DNA from: Nannocystales bacterium
GTDB lineage: Bacteria > Myxococcota_A > Polyangia > Nannocystales > Nannocystaceae
Reading direction: 5' to 3'
Length of the DNA stretch: 64,000 nucleotides
NCBI GenBank assembly: GCA_050633305.1
Contig: JBOEGF010000018.1
Coordinates: forward strand, 576,001-640,000
Shown here: positions 38,036-47,698 of the stretch, piece by piece
How the letters are laid out: each line of letters opens with the position of its first letter
How positions within the stretch are numbered: position 1 is the first letter of the stretch
Translations under genes and position numbers: made by a program
Notes under the pieces: generated by a model
The model's input: only the letters and a program-made list of their open reading frames with translations
Database searches by the model: none
What the model was told of the DNA's origin: nothing

Positions 38036-38487
38036 TCTGGCGATGGGGACCGTCGGCACTGCTGTGTCTGCTTTGCATCGCGGGTGTGCTGCATCGTCTT
38101 GGCGGGTCGGCACCGCAAGAGAGAGCCAGTCGACAACAACCCGCGCCCCCAGAGGCCTTGGCGTTGCTGGACGGTCTCCAAGTGGGGGAGAAACTGGCAG
38201 GGTGGACGGTGCTGGGCATCACCGGACCGAAGGATCGGGTGCTTCGTATCGACGTTGCGCACGCCGAGATTCGGTTCTCGATCTCTGTCGCCGCCCAGGG
38301 GGCGGTGGAGTATCCGGCGCCGCGCACGACCGAAACCTACGAACTCTACTACGGGCATCCGCACCCACGGGACACGGAGATCCCCGAGTCCGCCACGCGT
38401 GCGATCATGGCCGGAATCGAGCGCCGCGTCCGCCGGAACGAGGCCACGGTCGAGGTTCCTGGCATGTCGACCGAGACGCCTCCATAA
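38032..38487 (+). CDS. Small exported protein, probable paralog of 39581-40096
   Basis: N-terminal TM; LQVGEKLAGWTV...FSISV...TETYELY...RRNE; ATGA overlap. Confidence 0.7.
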   Translation: MIWRWGPSALLCLLCIAGVLHRLGGSAPQERASRQQPAPPEALALLDGLQVGEKLAGWTVLGITGPKDRVLRIDVAHAEIRFSISVAAQGAVEYPAPRTTETYELYYGHPHPRDTEIPESATRAIMAGIERRVRRNEATVEVPGMSTETPP

Positions 38488-38530
38488 AAATCCGAAGGCG
38501 GCGCGAACCGCCGGAGGGTACGGTTGTTGG

Positions 38531-39049
38531 ATGCGGGGTAGGGCGATCGTGGGAGTGCTGGTGTCGGCGGTCGTCTCCGGTTGTGACTCCGCACCCTGCG
38601 TCGAGATGCTCAGCGCTCCGGAGAAGGCCCTTCATGCCCTCCCGGGGATGTTGGTCGCCTACGCCGTCGCATGGGCTGGTCTCGACGCGGCGCGCTTCGT
38701 GCTGAGGGCACCTGAGACCGGGGCGGGTCGGGTCGCTGGGATCTGTGCGTTGGGGGTCGGAACCGTCGGCCTCGCGGGCGTGGTGCCGGATTTCTTTCCG
38801 CTGCTGCTGGGTGTGCTCGTGGTGTGCTTGCTTCCGATGGCGTGGGTCGGTCGCATGGTCCGAGCGACGTCGGAGCGCTCCGTCTGGCGTACGGCCGGCG
38901 CACTGGCCTGCACCGCCGCCACGGGGGTGTTCCTCTGTGGGCTCGCGGCGGCGAACGTCGCGTTGGTGACCGGGGCGGGTCGAGTCTGCGCTCCGTCAGC
39001 GGTGAGCGCACCGAGCGTCGCCCCGGCGGACATCCGTTCGCAACAGTAG
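38531..39049 (+). CDS. Hypothetical membrane protein
   Basis: VSGC lipobox-like sequence, then about four hydrophobic helices; TACGGT box 6 nt upstream. Confidence 0.55.
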   Translation: MRGRAIVGVLVSAVVSGCDSAPCVEMLSAPEKALHALPGMLVAYAVAWAGLDAARFVLRAPETGAGRVAGICALGVGTVGLAGVVPDFFPLLLGVLVVCLLPMAWVGRMVRATSERSVWRTAGALACTAATGVFLCGLAAANVALVTGAGRVCAPSAVSAPSVAPADIRSQQ

Positions 39050-39080
39050 GGTCGGTCGCCTCGATCCCCGCGGCGCGGAG

Positions 39081-39584
39081 TCAGCCCCGAACCGCGCGCA
39101 GTTCGAGGTCTTTCCCAAACGACTCGAGGTACGACTCGGGCACTCCGGGGCACGCGGGGCGGGCGTCACATCCTTCGCAGACTTCGGCGAAGGTATGCGA
39201 GGTCGATGGCGCAGCGAATTCAGCGTGCGGTCCGAGGACACACGCGGGGAGTCCCGAGGTCCGAACGAGGAGGCCCGCCCGCCGCGCAATGCTGGCGGCG
39301 TGCAGGACTCGCGGGGCAACCATGCCCAGTCGAGAGGGGGACAATCCGTGCCGCTGGGGCCCGGGCCAGGTCAGCGTCCACCGACGGACCTTCTCTCGCA
39401 GGGGCGGCCCGGACAGCCAGCGAGCGAGCCCTGCCAGGTTCCGGACGTTGGCACGAGTGACCAGGGAAACGATCTCGACCGCCGCCGCTGCGCGCAGCGT
39501 GGAAATCGCTTCGTCGTAGTCACCGGGCTGCCCGGCGACGTGGTCATGGATCGCAGCGGTGGCACCGTGGAGCGCGAGCGTCAC
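39081..39584 (-). CDS. Radical-SAM-like C-terminal half protein lacking CxxxCxxC
   Basis: LHGATAAIHD...PG, LPACVL, CEGCDARPACPGVPESY; GTGA-coupled to the upstream gene. Confidence 0.72.
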   Translation of the reverse strand: MTLALHGATAAIHDHVAGQPGDYDEAISTLRAAAAVEIVSLVTRANVRNLAGLARWLSGPPLREKVRRWTLTWPGPQRHGLSPSRLGMVAPRVLHAASIARRAGLLVRTSGLPACVLGPHAEFAAPSTSHTFAEVCEGCDARPACPGVPESYLESFGKDLELRAVRG

Positions 39585-40096
39585 GACTGCAACGGAACGC
39601 CGAAGGTGCCGTCGGGGTGCTCGGTCTCTCGGGCCCGCAGCGTCAACAGCGAGGGCAAGTCGTTCTCGCTCGCCTCGAGCACGCGGGCCAGCGCCATCGC
39701 GCCCAAGCCCTCGGTCTCATCCGTGGATGTGCCACCGTCTCCACGGTTGGAGACGTAGACGCTGAAGTGCTCCGTGTTGCCCACGCCTTGTGGTCCGCCC
39801 GGGTCTCGGGCGAGGACATCGACTTGGTAGCGCTCGCCTGCGTGGGTTTCGAGGACCACCGGAAGGGCGCCGAGAGTGACCGGGTAGACCGCGATCACGC
39901 GGACTTTGGTCCCGGGGAGCACGGTCCCTGGCTCGAGCGAGGGCATCTCGATTGTGGCGACCTGGGTCTCGCCGTCCTTGCGGTTCTGCGCGAGTGCGCC
40001 CGCGCCGACGGCCGCGCCTGCGACCGCCAAGCCAGCCACGACGGTGCGTCGCCGCATCTGAGGATTGCCGTCGTTGCTGTCGCGTTGCTCGTCCAT
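39581..40096 (-). CDS. Small exported protein with Tat-like signal, probable paralog of 38032-38487
   Basis: MRRRTVVAGLAVAGAAVGA; LEPGTVLPG...YQVDVLARD...TEHFSVY...LEASE. Confidence 0.75.
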   Translation of the reverse strand: MDEQRDSNDGNPQMRRRTVVAGLAVAGAAVGAGALAQNRKDGETQVATIEMPSLEPGTVLPGTKVRVIAVYPVTLGALPVVLETHAGERYQVDVLARDPGGPQGVGNTEHFSVYVSNRGDGGTSTDETEGLGAMALARVLEASENDLPSLLTLRARETEHPDGTFGVPLQS

Positions 40097-40179
40097 CGCC
40101 ATCCCGCCCTGACAACCACGGTAGAGCCCCGCGCCCCGATGGGTCAAGAACGTCGCCTGATAAGGTTCTGCCGACCCCT

Positions 40180-41130
40180 GTGGCAGGCCTGCTCGACATC
40201 ATCCTCGGCTACGACTGCAACCTGGCCTGTACCTACTGCACCATCACCGAATCGATGCGCGCACGCGCGCTTCCGGCTCGGGCGGTCGCAGCGGAGTTGA
40301 GCCGCGGGCGCAGCAACGGGTTCGACCAGGTGTCGTTTACCGGGGGCGAACCGACGATTCGAGGCGATCTGCTGCCCTTGGTGCGCCGCGCCGCCGAGTT
40401 GGGGTACCGCAGCATCAAGGTCCAGAGCAATGGGCTGCTGCTGGGGGTCGGAGACAACGCCGCGCGTCTGTTGGATGCAGGGGTTACCTGTGTGCACATC
40501 TCGATTCACACCCACGAAGTCGCGGCCTACGAAGCGATGGTTCGGCGGGAGGGCACGCATCGGCACATGAAACGCGGCCTCGAGGTCCTCGCAGCGACCG
40601 GCGTCGAGCTTGGCGCCGACGTGATCCTCGAGGCCGATACGCTCTCCAGGCTGCCATCGGCCGTCGATTGGCTGGCGGCCCGGGGGGTGCGGGCAGCCGA
40701 CCTGTGGTTCGTCTCGCTGACCGACGGCAACGCGAAGCGGACCGCGAGTCTGCCCAGCATGAGCGAGGCCGTGCCCTTCATCGGCCAGGCCCGAGTTCGA
40801 GCCGAGTCTCATGGCATGAGGCTCCGCTCGTTGCACATCCCGCCATGCATCCTTGGCGAGCACGCCGACTTGGCGCATAACCCCGCGCTGCAGCGGGTTC
40901 GCGTGGTCAGTCCCGATGCCGTCTTCGACCTCGCCGACAGTGCGATCACTCCCCGCGAACACGTTCCGGCTTGCGACGGATGTACCGAGCGGACGACCTG
41001 CGGCGGTCTGCGCCCGGACTACATCGCCGAGATGGGAGACGTGGAGGTCGCCATGGCCCGTGGAATGGAGCCGTCCCGTCGGGGCCGGCGCAGACTCTCG
41101 GTGGTGAGGTCTGCGACGCCCGAGGGCTGA
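40180..41130 (+). CDS. Radical SAM protein
   Basis: CNLACTYC, FTGGEPTIR, QSNG, IPPCIL, CDGCTERTTCGGLRPDY; start approximate. Confidence 0.92.
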   Translation: MAGLLDIILGYDCNLACTYCTITESMRARALPARAVAAELSRGRSNGFDQVSFTGGEPTIRGDLLPLVRRAAELGYRSIKVQSNGLLLGVGDNAARLLDAGVTCVHISIHTHEVAAYEAMVRREGTHRHMKRGLEVLAATGVELGADVILEADTLSRLPSAVDWLAARGVRAADLWFVSLTDGNAKRTASLPSMSEAVPFIGQARVRAESHGMRLRSLHIPPCILGEHADLAHNPALQRVRVVSPDAVFDLADSAITPREHVPACDGCTERTTCGGLRPDYIAEMGDVEVAMARGMEPSRRGRRRLSVVRSATPEG

Positions 41131-41190
41131 GGAACCCGTACACCGCAGAGGTGGCGAGGCCTCTCGATGCGCTCTACCCTGCGGACATCC

Positions 41191-42021
41191 ATGCGTGCGC
41201 CGTCGTGTCTGCTTGTGTTGCCCCTGGTCTCCGGCTGTGCCCCCGCTCCCGCGACGGGGGAGGCGGCACCCGAGGACGCCAGTGCTGTGCGTCCAGGCCC
41301 CGTCGCGGCGCCCCAACCCGAGCCGCTGCGTGTCCTCGTGACGGGGTTCAATGACTGGAAGGACCTCGGTGACCCGCCCAACCTGTGGCGATGCCGCGAC
41401 AACCCGAGTTGCCGTTTGTTGGTGGGGGACCCTCTCGTGGATGCTCCCGCGAAGTTCGAAGGCCCGCTTGTTCCCGCGTTGCATGCTGCGGCGGGAGACC
41501 GGGCGATCGTGTGGTCGTTCGCGACCCTTCCAGTGACGTGGGGCGTGAGCACCGAGCGAACCCCCTACACAGAGCACGATGTCGTTGTCCATGTGGGCCT
41601 GGGGGTCTACGACCGCGACGATGAGGTCTTTGTCGAGGCAGGTGCCTACAACCTCCGCAGGGGAACCGATGCTGCGGGGAAGCGAGCCGAAGAGGCGATC
41701 TTCGAATCGCAGCCTCAGGTGATGGAGGCTCCGCCCAAGGTCGCCGCAGCGGTACAGGCTGTTGACGGTCTGGTCTTCGGCACGATGACGGCGCGAACGA
41801 TGCCCGCTCGGCCGCAGAACACCTACCTGTGCAACGAGACGCACTCGCTCGCCCTCGATGCCGTTCGCCGCAGCCAAGCGGAGGGCGGCCCCCTCGAGGC
41901 GGCCTTCTTTGTGCACATTCCCCAGCCCGCGGGCGAGGACTGGCCCGCGCTCGCGGAGTCGGTCGCGGGGGTTGTGCTCGCCCTCGTCGGTGATGGCGCG
42001 GGAGACTCTTCGGCGGATTGA
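41191..42021 (+). CDS. Pyroglutamyl-peptidase I (C15)-like lipoprotein
   Basis: VSGC lipobox; VLVTGF...NPS, LPVTW, VHVGL, VEAGAYN, YLCN, FVHIP. Confidence 0.82.
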   Translation: MRAPSCLLVLPLVSGCAPAPATGEAAPEDASAVRPGPVAAPQPEPLRVLVTGFNDWKDLGDPPNLWRCRDNPSCRLLVGDPLVDAPAKFEGPLVPALHAAAGDRAIVWSFATLPVTWGVSTERTPYTEHDVVVHVGLGVYDRDDEVFVEAGAYNLRRGTDAAGKRAEEAIFESQPQVMEAPPKVAAAVQAVDGLVFGTMTARTMPARPQNTYLCNETHSLALDAVRRSQAEGGPLEAAFFVHIPQPAGEDWPALAESVAGVVLALVGDGAGDSSAD

Positions 42022-42032
42022 GGCGGGCCCCC

Positions 42033-42353
42033 TCAGTCGAGGTCCAGCCGCGCGTAGGAGGGAAACTCCATGTGCTCACAGATCGCACCCATGGGCTCCC
42101 AGACCGCCATGACCTCCGGCGTCTTGTGGGCGAGTTGGGGGCCGCTGGCATCCTTCCACGAGAACATCTCGACGTAGCAGCGCTCGGCACCGTGGTGCGG
42201 GTCCGGCAGGCCCTTGTAGACCACGGCGGGGGTGTCACTCACCAGGCCGGCGGCGTGAAGTGCTGGCCAGTGTTTTGCCAGCAGCTCCTCCATTTCGGCT
42301 TCTTTTCCAGGTTTGACGCGGTACTGACAGATATTGAGGACTGGGGATGGCAT
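42033..42353 (-). CDS. Small dimeric alpha/beta barrel (ABM-like) protein
   Basis: YRVKPGKEAEMEELL...YVEMFSW...AH pattern. Confidence 0.65.
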   Translation of the reverse strand: MPSPVLNICQYRVKPGKEAEMEELLAKHWPALHAAGLVSDTPAVVYKGLPDPHHGAERCYVEMFSWKDASGPQLAHKTPEVMAVWEPMGAICEHMEFPSYARLDLD

Positions 42354-42388
42354 GGTCTCTTCCGGGAGCAGGGTTGGGCGTGTCGTCG

Positions 42389-43150
42389 TCAGGCAAGGAC
42401 GCCGCCATCGATGATCAGCGTCTGCCCAGTCATGAACGCGGCCTCCTCGCTGGCGAGGTAGGCGGCGGCGAATCCGATGTCGCCGGGTTGACCCAACCGT
42501 TGGAGCGGTTGGTCTCCGACGAGCTTGTCTCGGCGCGCTTCGTCGTCCCAGAAGTAGCGGCTGAAGTCGGTCTTGATGAGTCCCGGGGCGATGCCATTGA
42601 CCCGCACGTTCCAGCGTCCGAACTCTCTGGCCCAGGTGCGGGTCAGCATGTTGAGCCCCGCCTTGGTGAAGCTGTACAGCAGCCCTCCGGGCTGCGGCTG
42701 AAAGCCCGAGATCGAGGAGATGTTGATGATGCTGCCGCCGCCGCGCTCCCGCATCGAAGGGACGACTCGATGCACGAGGTTCATCGCCGCCTTCACGTTG
42801 ACGTTCATCATCTTGTCGAGCATGGCGGGTGTGGTGTCCAGAGAGCCGCCTTGTCCGAGGTTGGTCGCGCTGTTGTTGACGACGATGTCGACGGGCCCCA
42901 CATCGGACTCGGTTTGGGCGACGAGCGCTTCGATCTGCTCCGCTTCACCCACGTGGCATTGCACCGGAACGATGCGGGGTCCGAGGTCCGCCAGTTCGGC
43001 GGCGGTCGCCTCGAGGTTCTCGAGCTTGCGCGACGCAATCACGACGTTCGCCCCCGCCTCAGCAAGGCGTGCCGTGATCGCTTTTCCGATGCCGCGGCCG
43101 CCTCCGGTGACGATCGCGGTCTTGCCTTCGAGCGAGAGGGTGATGGGCAT
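42389..43150 (-). CDS. SDR family oxidoreductase (DHRS4-like)
   Basis: [47 protein letters not shown]. Confidence 0.95.
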   Translation of the reverse strand: MPITLSLEGKTAIVTGGGRGIGKAITARLAEAGANVVIASRKLENLEATAAELADLGPRIVPVQCHVGEAEQIEALVAQTESDVGPVDIVVNNSATNLGQGGSLDTTPAMLDKMMNVNVKAAMNLVHRVVPSMRERGGGSIINISSISGFQPQPGGLLYSFTKAGLNMLTRTWAREFGRWNVRVNGIAPGLIKTDFSRYFWDDEARRDKLVGDQPLQRLGQPGDIGFAAAYLASEEAAFMTGQTLIIDGGVLA

Positions 43151-43268
43151 GCGCCGGAGGATAACCGCTGCATGGCGCCTGATCCTGCCCGCGGACTTGG
43201 TCCACCGGTCCTTTTCCACGAATCGGGGCGGGGCGGGGTCGTGGACGGAGCCGGTCGCGAGGCCCGTT

Positions 43269-44177
43269 TTAGAAGTGCAGTGTGGCTTCGTAGCCGGCGT
43301 AGTCCGGGGAGAGCCGGGGGCCATGACGGAGCCGCGGGTCGGCGGCACGCTGCCGTTGGAGCCCGTAGACGATCATGACCGCGGCACCGCCGAGCATCAG
43401 TGGACTGAGCACGCCTCCTGCGATGGCGACACGGTTGGAGGTCCGGCCGGCACGACGTGCCTCTGCGGCGTCGGCCAGATACAACGTCCGTTGCGGTTCC
43501 GACGTCGTGTTGGCGGCGTTGAGCGTCGAGACGGTGTAGATGTTTTCGGCGTTGCGGCCTAATGCCGCCCCCAACGGGATCATTGTGAGCCCGACGGCGA
43601 GGCCCAGAACGCCCAAGCCAATCCCGCCGACCAGCAGCCCGCTGCCGTTGTGGGTCGACACCGGTTGGGTGTGGACTCTTGGGGAGGGGGGGAGGGCGGT
43701 GGCGTCGTAGGAGAGTGAAGCGGGGGCAGGGGTGCTCTCGGGTTGGGCGCCATCCATCGCAACGGCCAATGTGGACGCCCGTTCTTGGACCGGCGCGGTG
43801 ACGGCTTTGGACTCGCCATAGGCTGCCGCGTGGGCCCGTAGATACCGGCGGAGGGCGATCTGGGCCTCGACCAGGTGCAGGGGTTCTTTCTCGCCCTCGG
43901 CGTTGATCTGCCGCCCGTAGGCCTCGATGCGGGCGTCGATGGCATTGCAGATCATGGCTTCGCGACCCGTCGCGGTGGCTTCGGACTCTGGAGTTTGGGC
44001 GAGCAGGGACTCCCAGATCTCTGCCGCGCCAACGTGGTCGCCGTTCTCGAGCAGTTCTTGAGCCTGGGAATAGCGCTCCGCAGCTGGGAGCTGGGTGGGG
44101 GGAGCGGCCTGGGCTGACTGCGCGAGGAGAGTGGAAACCAGGGCACACGCCAGCACCCGCAAACGAGATGTGCTCAT
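43269..44177 (-). CDS. Exported TPR-like protein with C-terminal hydrophobic segments
   Basis: Signal peptide AQA; helical [21 protein letters not shown]; Pro linker; two hydrophobic helices; ends ATLHF. Confidence 0.7.
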   Translation of the reverse strand: MSTSRLRVLACALVSTLLAQSAQAAPPTQLPAAERYSQAQELLENGDHVGAAEIWESLLAQTPESEATATGREAMICNAIDARIEAYGRQINAEGEKEPLHLVEAQIALRRYLRAHAAAYGESKAVTAPVQERASTLAVAMDGAQPESTPAPASLSYDATALPPSPRVHTQPVSTHNGSGLLVGGIGLGVLGLAVGLTMIPLGAALGRNAENIYTVSTLNAANTTSEPQRTLYLADAAEARRAGRTSNRVAIAGGVLSPLMLGGAAVMIVYGLQRQRAADPRLRHGPRLSPDYAGYEATLHF

Positions 44178-44609
44178 GAGGCCAGCGTGCTGCGCCCGTC
44201 ACCCGGCGTCAAAAAGGATCGCTGTACAGGGACAGGGTATTGCGGCGGTGCATCGCCAGCCTCGACCTCGACGCGGAGCTCCGGTTCGGCCGGCGCGGGC
44301 CCTCGTGGTCCTCGATTTGCACCTCGACACGACTCGGGAGCAGCAGGCCTGAGCGGCGGACTCGGCCAGGGGAAGGGCTCGTGCCTGTTCTGCGCTTCCC
44401 CGTCGACCACCGAACCTAGGGCTCGGTGCGAGAGCATGCCGCCCGTGGTTCGGTATACGGCCGCGTCGAGTGAGTTGACGTCTGTGTCCGTAGGAGACAG
44501 GTCATCGAAGTGCTCGAGGATCGAGGCCTCGATGGCGCCCGGGTCCGGCGACCCCACAGACTCGAGGGCCACACCAAGCCGAGCCGCGTCCACAGGGGAG
44601 CCCCGGCTG

Positions 44610-44641
44610 CGGAGCCCAAGTCGTTCGCGACTTGGGCTCCG
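44610..44641. other. Perfect 14-bp hairpin with TTCG loop
   Basis: CGGAGCCCAAGTCG-TTCG-CGACTTGGGCTCCG. Confidence 0.85.
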
Positions 44642-45085
44642 TCGTTAGGAACCGGCGCGGATGGGGCGGGCGTTCGCTCCCTACTCGTTGCCCGCGCCGT
44701 CCGACGCGTCCAACCCGAGCGGTCTTGCATGGCGCGCAGCTTGTGCGGCCCCGAGTCCGCTGACCGAGGGTACGCCCCGCTGGAGAGGACCCGTGACCAT
44801 CGACGGAACCATGGACGGGGACCTCTGTCTTCGCAGCAGCCAACGCAGCTTCGGCGTCGTGGGCCGGGTCTACACCACGTCGTCCAGACCTGCACCCAGC
44901 CCGGGGAACTGGTCGAACTCGTCGTCGAGGCCCGGCCTGGTCGACATCGCGCAGGCCTTCATCGACCCACTGCGCAGCGTGTGAGCCGTGGCGAGACGCT
45001 CGGCGCTGTTGGAGCGACGCAATCGTCAGGCGAGCCGAATCTCGACTGACAGTTTTGGGGCCGGCCGGTGTTGTTGGCAGTCACC

Positions 45086-46606
45086 ATGACTTTGACTCGT
45101 ACGACTTGTCTGTCCTTGCTTATTTGTCTCGCTGTGGGCTGTGGAGACGACTCGAATCCCGCCGCGGAAAGCTCCGGCTCGACCTCGAGCGGTGACGGCT
45201 CAACGGGAGCCCCGCCCTCCTCGGACACGAGCGGGAACGAGACGGGCGATAGCAGCGCAGCCGACACCGAGAGCACCACTGCGGGGAGTGAGTCCTCCAC
45301 AGGGCACGATGGCGGGGTCTTGGATGGCATATGGCGCACAGAAGGCTACGGCTGGATCTATGCGGTCGAAGGGGACGACATCGTGGTCTACGAGGTCACC
45401 TCCGACAGCTGCATGCAAGTCGTGGTGGGTACGGTGGTCGAACCCAACACGGCAGACGCGGCCCGTGTGGACCTGGAGGTTCCGGGCCTCTTCACGTTGG
45501 GCATGTCGGTGATTGAGGGCGATGCCGGGGCGCTGCACTTCTTGGCGGATGGACTGATCGTTGCACCCCCCGCCCACACGGTGGATGCCCTCCCGGATGC
45601 CTGTGCTGAAGCGCCCGATGGCAGCGATGTTGCGGTGTTCGACACGCTGACCGCGTGGTTTGACGAGCACTACGCGCTGTTCGGCGATCGTGATGCCGAC
45701 TGGCCAGGACTGGTTGCTCAGCATCGCGCGGACCTCACCGGTGAGGACCCGCCGCCGCTGTTCGAGGTGTTCTCCTCGCTCCTCGGGCCGCTCGAGGACG
45801 CGCACATCTCGCTTCAAGGGCCCGAAGGCGTGTTCGAGGGGCGCCGCATCGAGGCTGAGCCCGTGACTGAGGCGATGGTCGAAGAGGCCCAGGCCTTGAT
45901 CTCGGAGGGCTACCTCGTGACCGAGCGGCAGAGCTGGGTGGACGGGCAGATCGAGTTTGCACGCTTGCCTGGCGACGTTGGGTACCTCGCGGCGCATGGC
46001 TTTGGTCCGCTGGTGGGTGAGGACGGTCGCTTGGACTACCTCGCGGCAGTGGCCGAGTTCGAAGGTGCACTCGACGAGGTGTTCTCCGGCGAAGCGATGG
46101 CAGGGCTCGTGATCGACCTGCGAACGAACGGCGGTGGCTCGGATCTGTACGGGTTGGCGTTGGCATCACGGCTGACGACCGAGAGCTACACCGCGTACTC
46201 GGTACGGGCTCGCATCGATACCGACGACGACTCGGTGTTCAGCGAGTTGGAGGCCGTGATGGTGGAGCCGAGCGCAAACCCGGGTTTCGATGGTCCGGTC
46301 GCCGTCCTGGTCGGGCGGGACACGGTGAGTGCCGCCGAGACGGCTGCACTCGCGCTGCGGGGGCGGCCCGAGATCACGGTGTTCGGGGAACGGACCCAGG
46401 GTGCGTTCTCGTCGGTGCTCAACCACTTCCTGCCAAATGGGTGGCTGATGGGGCTCCCCAACGAGCACTATCTGACCGAGGCGGGGGAGCGCTTCGACGT
46501 GGTTGGCATTCCGCCAGATGTGGAGACGCCCGTGTTCACGACCGACGACCTCTCGGCGGCCCGGGACAGTGCGCTCGACGCTGCGCTCGCGTCGTTCGAG
46601 CTCTGA
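45086..46606 (+). CDS. S41 family peptidase lipoprotein
   Basis: AVGC lipobox, S/T/G linker; DAHISL, IDLRTNGGG, TVSAAE, GERTQGAFS, GIPPD. Confidence 0.92.
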   Translation: MTLTRTTCLSLLICLAVGCGDDSNPAAESSGSTSSGDGSTGAPPSSDTSGNETGDSSAADTESTTAGSESSTGHDGGVLDGIWRTEGYGWIYAVEGDDIVVYEVTSDSCMQVVVGTVVEPNTADAARVDLEVPGLFTLGMSVIEGDAGALHFLADGLIVAPPAHTVDALPDACAEAPDGSDVAVFDTLTAWFDEHYALFGDRDADWPGLVAQHRADLTGEDPPPLFEVFSSLLGPLEDAHISLQGPEGVFEGRRIEAEPVTEAMVEEAQALISEGYLVTERQSWVDGQIEFARLPGDVGYLAAHGFGPLVGEDGRLDYLAAVAEFEGALDEVFSGEAMAGLVIDLRTNGGGSDLYGLALASRLTTESYTAYSVRARIDTDDDSVFSELEAVMVEPSANPGFDGPVAVLVGRDTVSAAETAALALRGRPEITVFGERTQGAFSSVLNHFLPNGWLMGLPNEHYLTEAGERFDVVGIPPDVETPVFTTDDLSAARDSALDAALASFEL

Positions 46607-46833
46607 TCTTCGGGGACAGTGCGGACAGGTGCCGCTGGGTCGCGTGCCCTCCTGCCCCCGCGGGAGGTTCAGGAGCCTACGCCCCCGCGAGTGAGGTCGA
46701 GGCTGAGGTGATGATCTCTGCCTCTCGCGAGGTCCGTCTTCGTGAGGTCAACGGAGCTGCGCCCTCCGAACTCGTCGTCTGGGGCAGTGAGCGCCGCCGG
46801 AGCTAGGAATGCCCGTGCTACCGTCCAATCACG

Positions 46834-47385
46834 ATGGCACCTCGGCGGCGGCTGACTCTCCTCTTCCTTTTTTGCAGCCTGGGATGCGACGATCTCGGGC
46901 GTAGCGAAGAGACCCTCGACGCACTTCGCATCGCGAGGGACGTTGCCAAGGATGACGACGCCGCGCTGCTCGAGATCGTGACCGCGTGCGCGGGGGGCTT
47001 TGCCAAGGCGACGGTGGGCGATGATGGTCGGTCCGTCTCGGTGGCGACCTCGGTCACGGGGTGGGGCCAAGGTGGATCGGCGGACTCGTTTCTTGCCGCT
47101 ACCCGTCGCGAGCTGGGCAAGCGGGCGCTGTGCATTCACGTCGCAGGCCGCGAGCGCAATCTGCAAACGGTCCGCTTCAAGCATACGCTGGCGGAGTCGA
47201 ACACGGTGCTCTACGAGCTCACCAGCTCCGTTGCTGCGCTCGACCGGGACGTGAAGGATTGGAGCAAGGCACAGTTCGGGGGGGGTCCCGACAAAAAGCA
47301 CGCGCTGCACGACGCGGTGTTTGAGTCCTTCGAAGTGCATTCGAAGAACGAGGCTCTCCAGGCGTTCGAAGTCCAGGCGCCGTAG
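46834..47385 (+). CDS. Hypothetical lipoprotein
   Basis: SLGC lipobox; 183-aa globular ORF. Confidence 0.6.
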   Translation: MAPRRRLTLLFLFCSLGCDDLGRSEETLDALRIARDVAKDDDAALLEIVTACAGGFAKATVGDDGRSVSVATSVTGWGQGGSADSFLAATRRELGKRALCIHVAGRERNLQTVRFKHTLAESNTVLYELTSSVAALDRDVKDWSKAQFGGGPDKKHALHDAVFESFEVHSKNEALQAFEVQAP

Positions 47386-47698
47386 AGGAAAAATCATCGT
47401 GCTACGAGCCGAGGGACACGGGGGCCCGGCCGCGGACGATCACGGTCATGCCGCCCGCGAACCCCGGAAGGCCGACTCCGATGGGTGCCCGTCCTGCGGC
47501 TCCGGCTCGTCGCGTGGTGTTTCGAATCGCCAGCAGCCGTCGGGGACGAGCGGGGGAGGTTGTCGTGTAGGTGGAGTCCCGCTCCGTTTGGTGCCTCGGG
47601 GAGGGTCGGGAGTCGTCGTCGTCCAGCGGTGGTGAGTTTTTCCCGTTCTGGGTGAACCACCGACGCTCCTCGCAGTCAGCGGGTAGGCAGGAAACTCT

